A stretch of DNA of 64,000 nt from the NCBI GenBank assembly GCA_050084985.1, contig JBITNC010000001.1, positions 124,434,001-124,498,000 on the forward strand. The letters run 5' to 3'. Positions 11,831 through 24,033 of the stretch are shown here, piece after piece. The translations under genes were made by a program, and so were the position numbers. The number at the start of each line of letters is the position of its first letter. The first letter of the stretch is position 1. The notes beneath the pieces are model-generated. The model did not search any database. It worked only from the letters and a program-made list of their open reading frames with translations, and had not been told where the DNA came from. This stretch comes from Nageia nagi (taxonomy: Eukaryota; Plantae; Pinophyta).

Positions 11831-14800
11831 ATGGAACCTACTCAGGTCTTGCCATGGTAAATAACTTTGATGAGACTACCAAAGCTAATCTCAAAAATAT
11901 GTTATATGGAAATGAAGAAAGAAGTGAATCCTCTAATATTGGGAGTGATAATTGATCTATTGGAGATGCTCCTCCCATGACTAGGGATTTGAACCCATTA
12001 TGCAATGAAATTCGTAATAATAGGGAACTCAATCTATAATTGAAACCAAGTTTTGCTACATATAATGGTGAGGGAGATCCTATGGCTCATATCAAGGCTT
12101 TTAATATGAAATTTAAGTTAAAATTTGGGATGAATGAAAATTTGATGGCCAAATACTTTCCTACTACATTCAAAGGTGAAGCACTCAATTGGTACTTCTC
12201 TTTACCTACTAAGTCAATTAATTACTATGTATAATTTATCTTGAAATTCTATATGCATTTCAAATATCGTGCTTCTAGGCAAATCATAGTTTCAAATCTA
12301 GTTAGTAATATCCAAGTTCCTCATGAGTCATTTGATAAATTTTCCCAAAGATTTCAAAAAATATGAAGCATGACTCCACAATATCCATCCTAAACTATAA
12401 TTCATAACCTTAGATTATATGAATTTACTATTTATCAATATTATGCATAGAGTTACATAAATAGAGAAGTACTTAGTTGATATGGATGATTTGAAATATG
12501 GAAACCATAGCAAAGAAGCTAAGGGAAGTAAATATCAAAAAAAGGAAGAAAAAGAGGCCCATACCATAGAATAACCCCCATCCAAAGAGTAATAAAAGAG
12601 TCAAGAAAAATAAAATTTCAGTAAGAACAATAGTTTAACTTTGGCTCCTACCATTATGTTCAAGGATTGCTTACAAAATGGACTTTCAAACCTTATCCAA
12701 AACAAGAACTAGGTCCTCTTAATGAAAAACCTAGTTGGTACAATGAATCAAAATTCTATGAATATCATAAGGTTAAAGGTCATAGAACAAATACATGTAT
12801 GATCCTAATAAAGTAATTATAGAAATTGCTAGATGATGGCAAAATACCATATGAAACCCATGTAGTAGATTCTAAGGATTTTAAACCACTCACATCAAAT
12901 GTCATATTCAACCAAGAATTGTGTGGTGCTACTAGGAGAGGAATATCTAAAGGGAGTATAAATTTGGATATAGTAGAGAAAATGAAGATCCCTCTCAATC
13001 TTAGTATGCAAAAACTCCTTGAGAAATTAAAGGTAATTTGTGTCAAGATAACAATTTTTGAACTTTTGCAATTATGAATTGAATATAGAGATGCTTTGTT
13101 TGATGCACTTAGGAAAATTTAATTTGATGCGATTATTCATGTTACTAAATTTTTTGAATTGGTAGGCAATCTTGATACTAACTTATTTTGTAATATGCTT
13201 TCCTTTCAAGAGAGTGAATTACCTAATGAAGATGTCATTAAGAAAAATCTAGGATTGTAAATATATGTTAACATTGATGGTATTCCTATCAAAAACTATT
13301 TGATTGATACTAGTTCAAATGTCAATGTATTTTCTATTGAATTATTACAAAAATATTTTCTTTCCATATATGCAAAAATGAAAAGAACTATTATTAGCAT
13401 TAAAGGATTTGATAATACTGAAAAAAGGAATGTATCAGATATGTATCTATGTACATTGAAGTAGATGATATAATGTTTCATCAAAAAGTGTATGTTTTTC
13501 AAGTGAATTTTCCATATAACTTGTTGTTTGGTAGACCATGGATCCATAAGATTAGGATAGTTACTTTCACATTGCATTCATCAATTAAGTTTATGCACAA
13601 AGGCAAGCAAGTTACTATTCATGCAAAGGGCAATCCTACATATGTGTGTCAAGTAGTTGAGAGGTTTTGGATCCCTTAAATGTGATTTGGTCAAAAGTGA
13701 GGAATATGCACCAACACCTACTATAGCTATCACCCCATAATAGGTAAGCATTGGATCATATAGAATCTTGAAGATGGACATCTAGGAGAATTTTACAGAG
13801 ATAGGATGACACCTTATAGTCCTACAAACCCAATGTTATTACTTGGAGGATACTAAAACCATGCCTTTATGCTATGTTCTTGAGAAGGAAACAAATCCTA
13901 TTGAATATGTAAATTTCCTCTACCAAGAGCATGAAGAAAAAAGTGCATCCGATAGTGAAGATACACCTCTCATTTCATATAAAATACCAAGTTAGGTAAG
14001 CATGCACTTCAATAACATTGATTCTACTTTTGCTAATAAATATATGCACAAATATTAGTATGGTGGAAAAGGATTAGGTAAAAAATGAGCAAGGAATTAT
14101 AGATCCCATTCTAAATGAAGGTCATCATAAGAGAACAATTGGTGTTGGGTTTGATGATTCCACACCTAGTCCCTCTTCATCAATTTCAAATGTTCAACAT
14201 GTGGAAAGCACTTAACAGGGTTGCATTAGATATATATATGATGAGTAGCTACATTGTGGGATGATGCATGGTCCAATAGAAGAATTACAAGCTTGCTATA
14301 TAGATCCATTCCTACCTCCTATGACTCTAGTTTGAGTGGATATTTTTAGGACTAATGATGCTCTCTTTGAAAAGTTGAGGGCACATATTGAGTTCTACAA
14401 ATATAGTAAAAAGAGGCTTGTAGCATGGTTCATGCGATATCATATATATTTTGGTAAGAATATCTACATGGATGATGTAGACATCATAGGTTAGAGCCTC
14501 ACCCTTCTTGGTATTTTTTATTTATTTTTATTCATTAGTGTTCATTTTCATTCATTTTTTGTTGAGTTGGTCCTAGGTCTAGGTTATCTTTCTTTCATAG
14601 TCCATATTCCTATCCTTTAATAGGGAAATGGTGTTGGATTCCTAGCAATTTCACTCTATTATTCTCATCTCTTATGGTTAAGTTTGGATGAAGGATTGGG
14701 GCCATTTCCTATGCCTCTCCAACTCAATGATGAAATGTCCTATCTTAATGAAGAAATAGTAGAAATATCCATACTTAAGAAGATCCATAATATATCAAAA

Positions 14801-17800
14801 TAAGAGATTGGTTAACCCTAGAAGAATGGGAAAGATACCACCTATTGTTACAAGCATTTCTTGATATCTTTTTTTGGTGTTATTCTAATATGCTTGATCT
14901 TGATTTGGATTTTATCACTTATAGCCTAGTTATCAATGAAAATATCAAACTAGTTCAACAAAAGCCTACAAAGATGCATCCAAGGGTATCCCTTACTATT
15001 AAAAAGGAAATTGAGAAGTATCTTGTTGTTAGTTTCATTATCCCTAATTATCATTCTTCATGGATTTCTAATATTATACCAATAGCTAAGCCTAATGGTT
15101 AAATAACATGTTATACAAATTTTGGGGATATCAATAAAGTATATACCAAAGATGCTTTTCCTCTACCTAAAATTGATATGATTATAGAATTAATAGAAAT
15201 TCATGAGGTTTTATCTTTCATGGATGGATTTTTTGGATATAATCAAATTAGGATAAATAAGGAAGACCAACATAAGATAGTTTTGATTACTCCTTAGGGC
15301 ATATTTTGTTGGGTGGTCATGCCTTTTATTCTAAAGAATGTAGGTGTAACTTATTAGAGAGTCATGGTGAGTATGTTCCATGATATGATCCATGACAATG
15401 TTGAGTTATATGTTAATTACATCCTAGATAAATCCACCATCAATGATTATCACATTTCATATGAGAAAGATTTTCTAAAGAATGAGAAAATACAAGTTGA
15501 AGTTAAAACCTCAAAAGTGTGCATTTGGAGTCTCATCATGTAAATTGATTGGGTTCATTATTTCAAGAAGAGGTATAGAGGTGGATCCCAAGAAATTTTT
15601 AGCCATTGTTGATTTACCTCTTCCTAATAAATTGAAGGAATTAATAAGTCTTCAAGAAAAATTTCAAGCAATTAGAAGATTCATTGACAACTAGCTGATA
15701 TAACTTCTCCATTTTCTCATTTGCTGAAGAAAGATGAGAAATTCATTTGGGGTGAAAAGTATCAAATAGCTTTTTATAACATTAAAAGGTACCTTAATAA
15801 TGCTCTAGTTTTATCACCCTATAATTTAGAAAAGAGTTTATTACTTTATGTTCCAGCAACATTAAGTGTATCAGGAGCAATGCTAGCTCAAAAGAATGAC
15901 AATAACAAGGAAAGAGCAATCTATTATGTCAGCAAAACTTTATTTACTTATGAGATAAGGTACACTTGAAATGAAAATATGTGTTTTTATGTAGTCTTAT
16001 CAACTAAAAATTTAATACATTATATGCTTTAAAATACAATTTATGTCATAGCTCAAGCAGATCCTCTCAGATATATCATGTCCAAGTCCTACCTATTCGG
16101 AAGGGTTGCAAAGTGGGTAATATTACTTCAAGAATTTGATTTTATCTTTATCACTCAAAATTCAATAAAAGGATAATATATAGCAGATTTTATTATCATT
16201 CATCCATAAAATAAAGCATCTAACATGTGGGAACATTTTCTAGATGAAGTGGATAGCCAAAACACCCTTGAAATGAGTGTTTCTGTTGCATCCCTATGCC
16301 ATCACTCCATTTCTAAGTCTAAATTTCTACAAGTTTTTGTTGGTTTCATATAAAATGATTAATTTACCTCATTATTTGATCATTTTAAATTCATTCATGG
16401 CTAAGGGGTAGGAATAGTTCTTATCAACCCTCATAGTGATGTTATCTCTATGTCTTACCATTTAAACTTTGATTGCACTAACAATATGGTAAAATATTAG
16501 GCTCTAATTTTAGGTTTGAAGGTTGTAATACTTATAAAAATGAAAAAGATCAAAATATTTGATGATTCTCAACTTATTATGAAGAAAATTGCCAAATCTA
16601 CAACACCAAAGATCCCAAGTTGCAACCATACAAGGAAATGATGGAGAATTTACTTGTCTACCTCAATGAGTATGAAATTAACAACATTCCAAGAGATAGA
16701 AATAGGTATGTTGATGTTATGGATAGTGTGTCTTCCCTTACTCCTATTTCCATAGTGGATGAAGAGACCATTCTCACAATCAAAAACATTGTTAAGCCTT
16801 CCCATGATTTTGTTATTTAGGATTTCATTAAGGATCATTATTTTGCTACTACTTGTACCAATGCGTGTGAATGGTATCAAGATATTTTTAATTATCATAA
16901 AGATAATGTTATTCATGTTATCTTTGATCATAATGTTAGAATTAGACTTAAAAATCTACTAATTAAGTATGTCATCTTAGGTGATTTATTGTATAGAAGG
17001 TATTTTTATGGTGCTCTTCTTAGATGTTTAATGAGGCATGAAGGAGACATGGTCCTTCATCAAGCTCATGATGGCAAATGTGTTGAAACTTTAGTGCTAA
17101 ATTTGTTTATAAAAATTTTCTTAGACTACATTATTATTTTCCTAATATGCTTGAATATTATGAATTGCATATCAACAAATGTGAGAAATGTCAAAACAAT
17201 GCTAGTCTTCAATCTTCTTCTCATGCTTTTCATTCTATTGTATCTCTTTGGCCTTTTTCTATTTGTAAAATTGATTTAATTAGTAAAATTAACCTTATTT
17301 CAAGAGATGGCTATAATCTTATCATTATAGCTATAGAATATTTCATCAAATGGGTGGAGGTTATACCCATGAAATAGGTAAAAGGACGTAAGATTGTTGA
17401 ATTTCTTATTGATTTTATCATTTCTATATATGGTGTTCCTTATAAATTATTCATGGATAATGGTACTAGTTTTAAAGGTAATGAAGTTAAAGAATTTTTT
17501 TCTAAATATCATATTTAACGAAATTTCTCTACCCCATATTACCCCCAAGGTAATGGTAAATTTGAAGCTTCTAACAAGGTCATTAAGATTATCTTATCCA
17601 AAACTATTGCAAAAAATGGTAAAAATAGGCATTAATAACTCCGTTTTGATTCGTGGGCATATATAACAAGTATAAAGACTTAAATAGGGGCAACTCTCTT
17701 TTCCTTAATGTATGGTTATGAATTTGTAGTTCCCCTTGAGCTAGAAATCCCATCTCTTCATATATCACTAGATGGTCTCATTCCTAATGAGGATATAAAA

Positions 17801-18110
17801 AAAGCTAGATTAGCCCAACTAGAGGTCCTAGATGAGAAATAGGTTAATAATTTAGAACACCTTAATGTCTACCATTCTAGAATCTAAAAATAATGTAGCA
17901 AAAATATCAAGCCTAAACAATTCAAATTTGGTGATCTAGTCCTAAAAGAAAACCTTGCCAACACTAAAGCTTTGGAAAATGAAAAAAATGGTAAGTTTGA
18001 ACCTAACTAGATAGGTCCTTAAATTGTCATTGCAAACATAGAAAAGGTGTGTATAAATTGTCAATAATTGATTATAAAGAAGAACACAAACCAATCAATA
18101 ATAAATTATA
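11831..18110 (+). pseudogene. Ogre/Tat gag-pol polyprotein pseudogene: gag ~11831-13000, protease ~13260-13640, G-patch ~14040-14155, RT ~14845-15600, RNase H ~15800-16150, archaeal-type RNase H ~16360-16740, integrase ~16990-18110
   Basis: Gag YNGEGDPMAHI..FPTTFKGEALNWY; PR LIDTSS..PYNLLFGRPWIH; G-patch GKGLGKNEQGIIDPI; RT LSFMDGFFGYNQI and LKPQKCAFGV; RH GAMLAQ..ERAIYYVSK; aRH GVGIVLINP..FDCTNNMVKY*ALILGL..DSQL; INT YFIKWVEVIP and YYPQGNG. Many stops and frameshifts. Confidence 0.93.
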
Positions 18111-18224
18111 TTATAAAGGTATTTCATTCATTTACTTTCATATCATTTTTGATAAAAAGTTATATATCAATAATGCTTATCAAAAATATATCAACATGGT
18201 ATTTTGTTTTTTGTTCATATCATT

Positions 18225-18430
18225 AGCCTCCTATGTAAGGAAGGGGCACTCTTATCAGAAAATCCATGGCAACATGGTGGCTTGGGAAACCAAGTTGATC
18301 ATTCTTATCATTTTATGCCTTTGTAAGGAAGGGTCAATCTTATCATTTGGTACCACTGTAAGGAAGGTCCATTTATATCAAAATCCATGGCAACATGGTG
18401 GCTTGGCCAACCAAGCTAATCAATCTCAAC
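18225..18430 (+). repeat. 3' UTR tandem repeats of the Ogre element
   Basis: TGTAAGGAAGG three times and AAATCCATGGCAACATGGTGGCTTGG..AACCAAG twice. Confidence 0.85.
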
Positions 18431-18804
18431 TGCTTATCATCCTCATTTCATCTAGGTGGTTAAGTCACCAAGGATAGATTTGTTTTCTTATCCCTTATTA
18501 TACTTTCCATATCATGTTGTTCAAATTTTATATTTCAAATATATTATACAAAAATGTTTTTTGTCTAAAGCCCTTTTTTGGCACCTTTTTCTTTACCTTG
18601 GATTGCTCCTATAATGAGAGGTACATAATATCATAACCATTCCAAAGAGGGGTCATAACATAAACAAAAATTGAGGTATCTAAAGTTGTCATCATGTCAT
18701 AATGTTTCAAAGAGTATCTTCTTACTTTTATTATTATACTTTGAATTCATGCTTTCATTTTCTTTTGTCTCAAAAGCATTAAACCATATTCAAAGTGGGG
18801 CATA

Positions 18805-19530
18805 TGTTAACACCTAAAAAAAAAATTTATTTAATTAAAATAATATTTTATATATTTGAAATTATTTATTTAATTTATTAAATAAATTATCTTTTCCATG
18901 TGCACTCTCATCTACCTTTATATTTTATGGTAACAGGTCAGCTCAGCATCACACTAAGCCTAAGGAGGAGTCTTAGCAATAGACCTATTACCTATAAAGG
19001 TGGAAGTTTTGTGCATGATTAGAGATATGACATGACATGATATAATCTTGAATCATTGATAGATTTTAATATACTTATTTTGATATTTATTGATGTTTCT
19101 AAATGCCACCTATAATCTCTAGATTTTTTTATACTGTGAGCTCTACATTTTTGTGATATTTCATCCCTTTGTGATCAATATTTAATACATCAAAGGTGTG
19201 ATGATGACATTGAGAAAAAGGGCAAGGTATACTATAATGGTAAATGGGCACTGTCACTAGGTTTCTAGTATCATTGCTAGATCAAGGTCAAATTTGTGGC
19301 TCCATATTTTGAAGAAGCTCATCATTCATCCTTTTTCAATCAAATTTCACCTCCATTCATCATCACAGGTAAAGTATAGGTTTGTACCTTCCATTGATCT
19401 AGTTTTGATAGGTTAAGGTCAAGTAGGTCATCTTCATCTTTCATGTCATGGATTTCTTACTTTTTATAGTTAATTGAAGAATTTAATTATTTTGTAAATA
19501 ACCCTAATAATTATTATTTTAGTTATAACA
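18805..19530 (+). repeat. 3' LTR of the Ogre/Tat element
   Basis: TG...CA ends, preceded by the PPT and followed by TSD CTATT. Confidence 0.93.
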
Positions 19531-19889
19531 CTATTTATAACTCTATATCCAACTCTACAAAACATTTGATAAGACTAAATATAAACCTACACAAAATTAG
19601 ATGCTATTATGACTATTTAAATTATCTTATATACAACAAATCCATGAGTCTAGCAATATTGTTCTCCAATGCAAGAAATCTCCTCTCAAAATCTATCTTA
19701 GAAATTTTCACTTTTGGTTATATTTCCTCTTATCCTTTTATGGTTCTATGTATTTTACCAATTTTTATATCAATAGGAAATAACTCAAGCCTTTGATATC
19801 TTTTACCTTGCATCCACAAACCTTAAAATAACTTATCAACTCATCTTTTATATCATGTGATATGTAAATCTATATAAGTTATGTTATTA

Positions 19890-20318
19890 TTTTTTTATTA
19901 ATAGGGTAAATTTTATTAATAAAAAAATGTGAGGATTTCAAGGATCTCTCTAAGCCTTTATATGGTGTTAGCTTCATCCTAGCATAAGTCTAGATTACTT
20001 TACAAAAGTCTTGAAATTTGTTCTATATAAGCTTAAATTTGGATTGTAGGTCATAAATCTAGTGAGCACATACTAGAATCCATTTTCCCCATTCATACTT
20101 AAAATATCTAAGATTACATATATTTCCATACCAAAGGTAACATACCATAAACTACTACAAAAATTCAGCTATTAGCCTATAGTAAGTGTTATTAGAAATA
20201 AAGGACTAGAATTATAAATTATCACTTAAATAAAGAAGAGCTAAATATTACATGCTAGTGTAGCTTAAAACCATCCTCATGATGATCTCCTTTGCCAACA
20301 GACATTAATGAGACAAGA
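19890..20318 (-). mobile_element. 3' end of a 5'-truncated LINE-like element
   Basis: Minus strand ends ...TTAATAAAATTTACCCTATTAATAAAAAAA (poly(A) signals plus an A-tail). No coding domain is recognisable. Confidence 0.45.
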
Positions 20319-21298
20319 GGGGTAGCGCAAGAAGAAGACTCCCAATTTTGGCCAAAAAGTGGAAGTGTTTTCCTTGATTTTTAGGTTTTCTCATACATGA
20401 TCTCAAAATTTGAAGCACTAAGAGTCCAATTCTTGAAAAAGAACACTTAGGTAAAAATGTAGTTTTCAAAGTTTAGTTTTCAAATATGCAATTTATTCTA
20501 ATACCTAGATGATAGTAATTAATATTTGGTAGGCATGTTTAAAATCCATTGTTTAAAAAATATAATTTCAAGACCATATCCCCATTATGTTTGAAAAAGC
20601 ATAATTGGACCTAAATTAAAATATATTTTAAAATCCTTTTGGGTAAAGATACCTAATACACTAAATATTGTGGGGGATATTTTTTTGTAATTGTTTCATG
20701 AATATTTTATTTTTTATTGATTGTGATTATCATTTCAAAAATTATTCATGTACAACAAGCATAATTTGACCTAAACTAATCATTTTTAATTTAATTTTTT
20801 TATGTTATGAATAATTATATGTAAATTGTGCACATATATATTTTTTTTTTACAATTCCAAAAAAATAATAAGTTATTAAACAAATATAAAACCTACTATT
20901 TAAAAAATACAATTTCAGGACCATACCCATTATGTCCATCAAACATAATTGGACCTAAATTAAAATATTTTATAAATCCTTTTGGTTAAAGATATGTAAG
21001 ATACTAAAGATTATGGAGGATATTTTTTTATTTTTTTCAAGAATATTTTATTTTTTATTAATTTTTTATTGGACATGATTATATTTTTGAAAAATGCTTG
21101 TGTCCGGTAAGCATAATTTGAATAAAACTTATCATTTTTAATTTATTTTTATTTAACTTGTGAAGAATTATATACAAATTGTGCACATATTTATTTTTCA
21201 TAATTCCAAAAAAAAATAAAAATTTATTAAACAAATATCAAAACCTAGTAGGTCATAAGACTTCCTCCAAAGTGGGACTCATTTTCTTGCAGTTACCC
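20319..21298. mobile_element. Putative non-autonomous TIR element (MITE-like) with an internal ~345-bp tandem duplication (~20565-20900 / ~20911-21250)
   Basis: Imperfect TIRs GGGTAGCGCAAGAAGAAGACTCCCAATTTTGG and (reverse complement) GGGTAACTGCAAGAAAATGAGTCCCACTTTGG, with AAGA on both flanks. The internal duplication is clear. Confidence 0.55.
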
Positions 21299-21589
21299 AA
21301 GATGGAAACTCAAAATTTTCTTCCTTTTCTAGATTCCAAACTTGATGCAATCTTCTTTACACCCTCCTATGGTGTGGTAAAAAATAAGTATTCATTCTCA
21401 AAATTGTGTGTAGTATTATTATACATTTTTTTCATCATTAGTTCTTTGAAACTTGGGTTTTCCCTAATGTCATCATAAATCAATCTTTAATTCCCTTTCT
21501 GTAGTAAAGCTTCATCCAACATTATGTTATGAACCTGATAATCAAAAGGTTTCCTTAAGGGGGTTTCCTTATATTTTTCTTCTATGTTA

Positions 21590-21954
21590 ATTTTAATAAG
21601 CATATATGAATCTCATAAATATAAAACAAAATAGTAAATAAAGAAAAATATTTGCATACACAATTGAAAGTATATAATTAATCTAGGTTCACCTTTTATG
21701 GGCTACACCTAGTAAAATAGGTTTGATTTACGTATTGGGATGATATAACATTATAATGACAAGAATAATATAGAGAAATTAATGCATCCAACAACACAAA
21801 ATGCCTAGTATCTGGAAAAGTCTTTGCAACCTCACTATCCATCTTTCATGGATTCGTAATATTAGAATGATTTAAAAAATATCCTTAGAAATTAAATCAC
21901 ACTAATTATCCCCTCTATAATATGGCTTGGAATATGATATAGATAAATCCAACA
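21590..21954 (-). mobile_element. Copia-type LTR fragment or solo LTR
   Basis: Ends TCCAACA (minus-strand TGTTGGA) and contains CTAGGTTCACC..TGGGCTAC like the Copia LTRs at 24034 and 27660. Left end and TSD unclear. Confidence 0.4.
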
Positions 21955-22339
21955 CATATTGGAATATGAATGGTTCTCCTAACTCACCAAATAACTTAGA
22001 AACATCTCAAATTGTTGTAACTTCTCTTGAAATTAATTTTTCCCCTTGGTGTTGATGTTGGTTGACATGGTTGGGTAATTGAAATATCATGCACTCCCAA
22101 TTTAACTAATGGATCATCATAATATCATTTCATAGACTTGTTCATGTTAAAAAAATAGCTCCATACTCTCCACGAATGCATCTAACACTAAAAACTCTAA
22201 CAATTTTATGATAAAGCAAGATCCACCATAATAATCTAGTATTTTTATGATATGTGGACTATTTTTACATGTTTTATATTTTTAAATTTTACAATTTATG
22301 ATGATATACAAAAAATAGATTTTATGGTTCTTAGATATC

Positions 22340-23300
22340 TATGAAGGACATGTCACCTAATTTTACACATCATGATTTGGAACCTAATAGTCAAAGATGT
22401 GCAAAAGTTACCTAGGGAATAATATATGGCATAATCTCACACACTTCACACTACTAGATCTGAAAGTTAGATATGTATAAAAATTTGATGTATGAAATTA
22501 AACCAAGGGATGACATAAAGCATAATCTTATGAACTACACACTAGTAGATTTGATGATCATGGATGTGTGAAAGTAATAAGAGGGTGACACATTATGGAA
22601 TATTATGTACTTTATGCTACTAGAACTAATATTCAAGGATATGAAAAATAAATAAGGATGACACGTGATGAAATATCTCACACTTTGTACTATCAAATCT
22701 TAAAATTAGGGTATGCAAAAGTTTAAAAAAAATTGAAGTTTTGTTAATATTCATTGATGAAAAAATAAATGGTAAATGGGAATGCAAAAAAAATACATAT
22801 AAAAAAGGAAAGGGAGCATCTTAAGTGAATCTAATATGTAATAATATGGAGATATTAAAAAAGTGTTGAATCCAAAAAATATAACTAAGGTAAAAAGTAT
22901 GTATATGAAGAATCAACAAACTCCTCCAATATTTGAGATTAGAAAAAAGCTATTGATATTGCAACTAGAGGTAGTAACCCTAATGGGTTTAATAGTAAAC
23001 ACCAATGAGTATCCCTTCTAAATTATTTAGGGATCATGTTATTCTTACGATTCATAGCTTCTTATGATGGAAAGAAATATGTGAAAAGTTTGGAATTCAT
23101 TATGTTGCAAAATCTACTAGCAATCAAATTTTATATGATGGTCAAGGATATGGAAAAGATAATGTGAGAAATAAATAAGTAGGTGAAAAATGGTACAATC
23201 ACATGCATTTCATATTATTAGATTTGATAGTCAAAGATATGAAAATATTTACATGCAAAAGTAATAAATGGGTGATATATATTGCAATTCCATACTTCAT
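22340..23300. repeat. Degenerate ~75-bp repeats (ACTAGAT..GATGGTCAAGGATATG..GGTGACAC) at ~22340-22720 and ~23115-23300
   Basis: Recurrent CTAGATCT/TAGATTTGAT, GTCAAGGATATG and GGATGACAC blocks at regular spacing. Confidence 0.6.
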
Positions 23301-24033
23301 AATTCAAAAATTTGTTTAAAAATTGATCGATGAAATATATATTTAAAAAACTATTCAACTCCATAAGGGAATCTATGAATACTAATATGGTTGAGACACA
23401 TGTGAGATCATGATGATAATTAACTCTTCCTTAGCAAGAAAGTGATTTAACTTTGATGAATAAAACTCTAACACATGTAACTTATTAAACTACAACTAGC
23501 ATATACATCATATTTTGAGTTTGATTAAATGAATAATACTAAGTAATAAATTCATTTGAATCCATTGATTTAGTCTCATATGATACAATAAATAGTTCAA
23601 CATTTCAAATAGATATTCAAAATATTATATGGTTCTAGCTTAGTAAGTGTATGATGGCAACTTGGAATATAATTTTGGATTTGAATATTGAATTTATAAA
23701 AGGAAAATGACAAAGAGACTTTAGGAATTTTTGTTCAAAAATTTCAAAAGAGAAGAAAATATTTTCCAAAGAAAAAAATCTATCATAGGTTACCACACAG
23801 GTAGAACTTAATAACCCTCATTTCCGTTTATGTTTAAAAGAAAGATCATGTTTTCATTAAAGTTTAAACAAAAAATTTGCATAAAAAATATGTATATCAT
23901 TTGGAAAATAATTTTCTTCCTACTTTTGAAATTTAAAAGTGAATGATGCATAGTTAATATAATATTATTGTAAAAATAAAATAGGGTTTGAGAATTCCCC
24001 TTTTCTCCAATAACTCTTAATTATAACTTGTGG

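Larger units (their letters stand above)
11084..19530 (+). mobile_element. Full-length but decayed Ty3/Gypsy Ogre/Tat LTR retrotransposon
   Basis: LTRs 11084-11723 and 18805-19530 both start TGTTAACACCTAAAA and end AGTTATAA(T/C)A. Perfect 5-bp TSD CTATT (11079-11083, 19531-19535). PBS at 11726, PPT AAAGTGGGG before the 3' LTR. Domain order gag-PR-G-patch-RT-RH-aRH-INT. Confidence 0.95.
3510..19610. mobile_element. Large decayed CACTA (En/Spm) DNA transposon, interrupted by the Ogre element; right TIR not found
   Basis: Left terminus CACTACAACAAAAAG at 3510 is followed by many TAGCATCA subterminal repeats. Decayed reverse-orientation GATGCTA/AATGCTA copies occur at ~10970-11010 and ~19600. 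The right boundary is approximate. Confidence 0.6.

Noticed and set aside
18049-18477. 142-aa ORF, the longest in the track
   Set aside because: It spans the integrase end and the 3' UTR repeats of the Ogre element; no recognisable domain.
20055-20070. TAGTGAG as the right TIR of the large CACTA
   Set aside because: It does not mirror CACTACAACAAAAAG, and the AGA TSD is not reproduced.
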